Source: Utricularia gibba (taxonomy: Eukaryota; Plantae; Magnoliophyta). Taken from it: DNA of 43,975 bases. Below the pieces are notes generated by a model, which did not search any database, had not been told where the DNA came from, and saw nothing but the letters and a program-made list of their open reading frames with translations. This document shows positions 38,001 through 43,975 of this stretch, in pieces. Both the position numbers and the translations under genes were made by a program. Location: NCBI GenBank assembly GCA_002189035.1, contig NEEC01000344.1:1-43975 (forward strand). The letters are read 5' to 3'. Each line of letters opens with the position of its first letter. Within the stretch, counting starts at the first letter, position 1.

Positions 38001-40683
38001 CGTTGGGAAGTTCATCCGACCCAAGGTTCGGTTCGACTCCTGAGCCAAATCGGTCTATTCGACGAAAATCGTGATGCATTTATTGAAGTTAGGATGTCAT
38101 GAGCACCCCAAATGGTTTTTCTCAACCACATGCTTTTATTTGAGGAGGCGCTCTCGAGGGGCACCAGGATCGGGCCGGAGGTCGGGTTGGGCTCGGGCCA
38201 TAGTCATTTGTAGCCCGGCAAAAAAAGTGATCCATTTATTAACGTTGGGTTTTCGGCAGCTGCCTACATGGTTTCTGAAGGAAAAGCTTGTCGTTTTTGG
38301 TGGGTGCTTTCGTTGGGAAGTTCATCCGGACCCAAGGTTCGTTCGACTCCTGAGCCCAATCGGGTCCTATTCGACGAAAATCGTGATGCATTTATTGAAG
38401 TTAGGATGTCATGAGCACCCAAATGGTTTTCTCATCCACAAGCTTTATATTTGAGGAGGCGCTCTCGAGGGGCACCAGGATCGGGCCGGAGGTCGGGTCG
38501 GGCTCGGGCCCATAGTCATTTGTAGCCCGGCAAAAAAAAGTGATCCATTTATTAACGTTGGGTTTTCGGCAGCTGCCTACATGGTTTCTGAAGGAAAAGC
38601 TTGTCGTTTTTGGTGGGTGCTTTCGTTGGGAAGTTCGTCCGGACCAAGGTTCGGTTCGACTCCTGAGCCCAATCGGGTCCTATTCGACGAAAATCGTGAT
38701 GCATTTATTGAAGTTAGGATGTCATGAGCACCCCAAATGGTTTTCTCACAAAGCTTATATTTGAGGAGGCGCTCTCGAGGGGCACCGGATCGGGCCGGAG
38801 GTCGGTCGGGCTCGGGCCCATAGTCATTTGTAGCCCGGGAAAAAAGTGATCCATTTATTATTGGGTTTTCGGCAGCTGCCTACATTGTTTCTGAAGGAAA
38901 AGCTTGTCGTTTTTGGTGGGTGCTTTCGTTGGGAAGTTCATCCGGACCCAAGGTGTTCGACTCCTGAGCCAATCGGGTCCTATTCGACGAAAATCGTGAT
39001 GCATTTATTGAAGTTAGGATGTCATGAGCACCCCAAATGGTTTTCTCAACCACATGCTTTTATTTGAGGAGGCGCTCTCGAGGGGCACTAGGATCGGGCC
39101 GGAGGTCATATCGAACTCGGGCCCATAGTCATTTGTAGCCCGGCAAAAAAGTGATCCATTTATTAACGTTGGGTTTTCGGCAGCTGCCTACATGGTTTCT
39201 GAAGGAAAAGCTTGTCTTTTTTGGGTGGGTGCTTTCGTTGGGAAGTTCATCCGAACCCAAGGTTCGTTCGACTCCTGAGCCAAATCGGGTCCTATTCGAC
39301 GAAAATCGTGATGCATTTATTGAAGTTAGGATGTCATGAGCACCCAAATGGTTTTCTCACAACATACTTTTTATTTGAGGAGGCGCTCTCGAGGGGCACT
39401 AGGATCGGCCGGAGGTCGTCGAATCGGGCCCATAGTCATTTGTAGCCCAAAAAAGTGATCCATTTATTAACGTTGGGTTTTCGGCAGCTGCCTACATGGT
39501 TTCTGAAGGAAAAGCTTGTCGTTTTTGGGTGGGTGCTTTCGTTGGGAAGTTCATCCGGACCCAAGGTTCGTTCGACTCCTGAGCCCAATCGGGTCCTATT
39601 CGACGAAAATCGTGATGCATTTATTGAAGTTAGGATGTCATGAGCACCCCAAATGGTTTTCTCAACCACATGCTTTTTATTTGAGGAGGCGCTCTCGAGG
39701 GGCACTAGGATCGGGCCGGAGGTCATATCGAACTCGGGCCCATAGTCATTTGTAGCCCGGCAAAAAAAGTGATCCATTATTAACGTTGGGTTTTCGCAGC
39801 TGCTACATGGTTTCTGAAGGAAAAGCTTGTCTTTTTTGGGTGGGTGCTTCGTTGGGAAGTTTCGTCGACCCAAGTTTCGGTTCGACTCCTGAGCCAAATC
39901 GGTCTATTCGACGAAAATCGTGATGCATTTATTGAAGTTAGGATGTCATGAGCACCCCAAATGGTTTTCTCAACAAGCTTTATATTTGAGGAGGCGCTCT
40001 CGAGGGGCACCGGGATCGGGCCGGAGGTCGGTCGGGCTCGGGCCCATAGTCATTTGTAGCCCGGGAAAAAAGTGATCCATTTATTAATTGGGTTTTCGGC
40101 AGCTGCCTACATTGTTTCTGAAGGAAAAGCTTGTCGTTTTTGGGTGGGTGCTTTCGTTGGGAAGTTCATCCGGACCCAAGGTTCGTTCGACTCTGAGCCC
40201 ATCGGGTCCTATTCGACGAAAATCGTGATGCATTTATTGAAGTTAGGATGTCATGAGCACCCAAATGGTTTTCTCAACCACATGCTTTTATTTGAGGAGG
40301 CGCTCTCGAGGGGCACTAGGATCGGGCCGGAGGTCATATCGAACTCGGGCCCATAGTCATTTGTAGCCCGGCAAAAAAGTGATCCATTTATTAACGTTGG
40401 GTTTTCGGCAGCTGCCTACATGGTTTCTGAAGGAAAAGCTTGTCTTTTTTTTGGGTGGGTGCTTTCGTTGGAAGTTCATCCGAACCCAAGGTTCGTTCGA
40501 CTCCTGAGCCAATCGGGTCCTATTCGACGAAAAATCGTGATGCATTTATTGAAGTTAGGATGTCATGAGCACCCCAAATGGTTTTCTCAACAAAGCTTTA
40601 TATTTGAGGAGCGCTCTCGAGGGGCACCGGGATCGGGCCGGAGGTCAGGTCGGGCTCGGGCCCATAGTCATTTGTAGCCCGGG
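23074..40683 (+). repeat. Domain III: three tandem copies of a 19-monomer higher-order repeat (~5.86 kb)
   Basis: Copies start at ~23074, 28950 and 34797 and end at ~40678. The A marker CATTGGG occurs once per copy (23792, 29669, 35513), with 19 HindIII anchors between successive A monomers. CCCGGG offsets from the first site in each copy: 0/932/2787/3406/5255; 0/911/2766/3385/4609; 0/933/3417/4643/5261. Confidence 0.8.
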
Positions 40684-43600
40684 AAAAAAGTGATCCATTT
40701 ATTAATTGGGTTTTCGGCAGCTGCCTACATTGTTTCTGAAGGAAAAGCTTGTCGTTTTTGGGTGGGTGCTTTCGTTGGAAGTTCGTCCGGACCCAAGTTT
40801 CGTTCGACTCCTGAGCCAATCGGTCCTATTCGACGAAATCGTGATGCATTTATTGAAGTTAGGATGTCATGAGCACCCAAATGGTTTTCTCAACCACATG
40901 CTTTTTATTTGAGGAGGCGCTCTCGAGGGGCACAGGATCGGGCCGGAGGTCGTCGAAATCGGGCCCATAGTCATTTGTAGCCCAAAAAAAAGTGATCCAT
41001 TTATTAACGTTGGGTTTTCGGCAGCTGCCTACATGTTTCTGAAGGAAAAGCTTGTCGTTTTTGGGGGTGCTTTCGTTGGGAAGTTCATCCGGACCCAAGG
41101 TTCGTTCGACTCCTGAGCCCAATCGGGTCCTATTCGACGAAAATCGTGATGCATTTATTGAAGTTAGGATGTCATGAGCACCCCAAATGGTTTTCTCAAC
41201 CACATGCTTTTTATTTGAGGAGGCGCTCTCGAGGGGCACTAGGATCGGGCCGGAGGTCATTCGAACTCGGGCCCATAGTCATTTGTAGCCCGGCAAAAAA
41301 AGTGATCCATTTATTAACGTTGGGTTTTCGGCAGCTGCCTACATGGTTTCTGAAGGAAAAGCTTGTCTTTTTTGGGTGGGTGCTTCGTTGGAAGTTCATC
41401 CGACCCAAGTTTCGGTTCGACTCCTGAGCCAAATCGGTCCTATTCACGAAAATCGTGATGCATTTATTGAAGTTAGGATGTCATGAGCACCCAAATGGTT
41501 TTCTCAACCACACTTTTATATTTGAGGAGCGCTCTCGAGGGGCACCGGGATCGGGCCGGAGGTCGGTCGGGCTCGGGCCATAGTCATTTGTAGCCCGGCA
41601 AAAAAGTGATCCATTTATTAACGTTGGGTTTTCGGCAGCTGCCTACATTGTTTCTGAAGGAAAAGCTTGTCGTTTTTGGTGGGTGCTTTCGTTGGGAAGT
41701 TCATCCGGACCCAAGGTTCGTTCGACTCCTGAGCCAATCGGGTCCTATTCGACGAAAATCGTGATGCATTTATTGAAGTTAGGATGTCATGAGCACCCCA
41801 AATGGTTTTCTCAACCACATGCTTTTTATTTGAGGAGGCGCTCTCGAGGGCACTAGGATTGGGCCGGAGGTCATATCGAACTCGGGCCCATAGTCATTTG
41901 TAGCCCGGCAAAAAAAGTGATCCATTTATTAACGTTGGGTTTTCGGCAGCTGCCTACATGGTTTCTCAAGGAAAAGCTTGTCTTTTTTGGGTGGTGCTTC
42001 GTTGGAAGTTCGTCCGGACCAAGTTTCGTTCGACTCCTGAGCCAAATCGGTCCTATTTGACGAAAATCGTGATGCATTTATTGAAGTTAGGATGTCATGA
42101 GCACCCCAAATGGTTTTCTCAACAAATTTTATATTTGAGGAAGGCGCTCTCGAGGGGCACCGGGATCGGCCGGAGGTCAGGTCGGGCTCGGGCCTATAGT
42201 CATTTGTAGCCCGGGAAAAAAGTGATCCATTTATTCAATTGGGTTTTCGGCAGCTGCCTACATTGTTTTCTGAAGGAAAAGCTTTTCGTTTTTGGGTGGG
42301 TGCTTTCGTTGGGAAGTTCATCCGGACCCAAGTTTCTGTTCGACTCCTGAGCCATCGGGTCCTATTCGACGAAAATCGTGATGCATTTATTGAAGTTAGG
42401 ATGTCATGAGCACCCCAAATGGTTTTCTCAACCACATGCTTTTATTTGAGGAGGCGCTCTCGAGGGGCACTAGGATCGGGCCGGAGGTCATATCGAACTC
42501 GGGCCCATAGTCATTTGTAGCCCGGCAAAAAAAGTGATCATTAATTAACGTTGGGTTTTCGGCAGCTGCCTACATGGTTTCTGAAGGAAAAGCTTGTCTT
42601 TTTGGGTGGGTGCTTTCGTTGGAAGTTCATCCGAACCCAAGGTTCTGTTCGACTCCTGAGCCAATCGGTCCTATTCGACGAAAATCGTGATGCATTTATT
42701 GAAGTTAGGATGTCATGAGCACCCCAAATGGTTTTCTCAACAAAGTGCTTTATATTTGAGGAGCGCTCTCGAGGGCACGGATCGGGTCGGAGGTCAGGTC
42801 GGGCTCGGGCCTATAGTCATTTGTAGCCCGGGAAAAAAAGTGATCCATTATTCATATTGGGTTTTCGGCAGCTGCCTACATTGTTTCTGAAGGAAAAGCT
42901 TTTCGTTTTTGGTGGGTGCTTTCGTTGGGAAGTTCGTCCGGACCCAAGTTTCTGTTCGACTCCTGAGCCCAATCGGGTCCTATTCGACGAAAATCGTGAT
43001 GCATTTATTGAAGTTAGGATGTCATGAGCACCCAAATGGTTTTCTCAACCACATGCTTTTATTTGAGGAGGCGCTCTCGAGGGCACTAGGATCTGGCCGG
43101 AGGTCTTGTCGAAATCGGGCCCATAGTCATTTGTAGCCCGCAAAAAAAGTGATCCATTTATTAACGTTGGGTTTTCGGCAGCTGCTACATGGTTTCTGAA
43201 GGAAAAGCTTGTCGTTTTTGGGTGGGTGCTTTCGTTGGGAAGTTCATCGGACCCAAGGTTCTGTTCGACTCCTGAGCCCAATCGGGTCCTATTCGACGAA
43301 AATCGTGATGCATTTATTGAAGTTAGGATGTCATGAGCACCCCAAATGGTTTTTCTCAACAATGCTTTTTATTTGAGGAGGCGCTCTCGAGGGGCACTAG
43401 GATTGGCCGGAGGTCATATCGAACTCGGGCCCATAGTCATTTGTAGCCCGGAAAAAAAGTGATCCATTTATTAACGTTGGGTTTTCGGCAGCTGCCTACA
43501 TGGTTTCTGAAGGAAAAGCTTGTCTTTTTTGGGTGGTGCTTCGTTGGGAACTTCGTCCAGACCCAAGTTTCGGTTCGACTCCTGAGCCAAATCGGTACTA

Positions 43601-43975
43601 TTTGACGAAAATCGTGATGCATTTATTGAAGTTAGGATGTCATGAGCACCCAAATGGTTTTCTCAACACAAGTGCTTTTATTTGAGGAGGCGCTCTCGAG
43701 GGGCACAGGATCGGGCCGGAGGTCAGGTCGGGCTCGGGCCCATAGTCATTTGTAGCCCGGCAAAAAAGTGATCCATTTATTAACGTTGGGTTTTCGGCAG
43801 CTGCCTACATTGTTTCTGAAGGAAAAGCTTGTCGTTTTTGGGTGGGTGCTTTCGTTGGGAAGTTCATCCGGACCCAAGTTCTGTTCGACTCCTGAGCCCA
43901 ATCGGGTCCTATTCGACGAAAATCGTGATGCATTTATTGAAGTTAGGATGTCATGAGCACCCCAAATGGTTTCTC
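40684..43975 (+). repeat. Domain IV: A-free tail built only of B and C monomers, with private variants
   Basis: I saw no CTTACAT, TTTCATTGG or CATTTTTTG after ~35.6 kb. C-end CCCGGG spacing is ~617 bp (40060/40678, 42210/42827). Variants concentrated here: ACCGGGATC, GGCCTATAG, TTCTGTTCG, GCTTTTCG and loss of AACGTT. Confidence 0.65.

Larger units (their letters stand above)
1..43975 (+). repeat. Tandem satellite DNA array, ~315-bp monomer, ~142 head-to-tail copies, running off both window ends
   Basis: The anchor GAAAAGCTT (HindIII core) recurs at 21, 332, 646, 957 ... 43825. I counted 143 anchors, mean spacing ~308.5 bp, with the fullest copies ~314-316 bp. All copies are in the same orientation, with no unique sequence, inversion or insertion. 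Family not recognised. Confidence 0.99.

Noticed and set aside
41383-41399. CENP-B-box-like CTTCGTTGGAAG (consensus monomer TTTCGTTGGGAAG at 357-369)
   Set aside because: It matches the first 12 nt of the human box YTTCGTTGGAARCGGGA, but the essential CGGG half is absent (TTCAT follows). The best matches depend on 1-bp deletions that may be errors.
25-43956. Hundreds of 60-229 aa ORFs on both strands (e.g. MHLLKLGCHEHPKWFSHPQALYLRRRSRG..., longest 30341-31030)
   Set aside because: All are translations of the same monomer. The full 315-bp consensus has a stop in each forward frame (CATTTGTAG, ATTTATTGA, ATGTCATGA). Longer ORFs arise only where 1-bp deletions shift frame past a stop. Indels ignore codon phase and I recognise no protein domain.
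1-43975. CRISPR array
   Set aside because: There are no unique spacers; the whole 315-bp unit repeats, and no cas genes are present.
1-43975. 5S rDNA or rDNA intergenic-spacer subrepeat array
   Set aside because: No 5S, 18S, 5.8S or 25/28S rRNA sequence is recognisable in the unit or anywhere in the window.
1-43975. Homopolymer length differences (A6-A10, C3/C4, G2/G3, T4-T8) as lineage markers
   Set aside because: They vary independently of monomer class and are the typical long-read error mode, so I did not rely on them for class assignment.

Overview
The whole 43,975-bp window is one uninterrupted head-to-tail satellite DNA array of about 142 copies of a ~315-bp, ~50% GC monomer. It looks eukaryotic, but I cannot name the family or taxon. 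I found no supportable protein-coding gene, RNA gene, mobile element or CRISPR array; every ORF in the track is a chance translation of the same monomer. The interesting content is hierarchical. Each 315-bp monomer is an old dimer of ~157-bp halves (~60% identical by hand alignment). Monomers fall into three variant classes, here called A, B and C. These classes build A-B-C trimers (12.2-17.8 kb), A-B-C-B-C pentamers (16.9-21.5 kb), a 20-/17-monomer super-duplication (0.6-11.4 kb) and three tandem copies of a 19-monomer, ~5.86-kb higher-order repeat (23.1-40.7 kb), ending in an A-free B/C tail. Many single-base deletions fall exactly on the A/B/C-diagnostic SNP positions, which suggests part of the variation is a long-read consensus artefact. 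All counts and identities are manual estimates.
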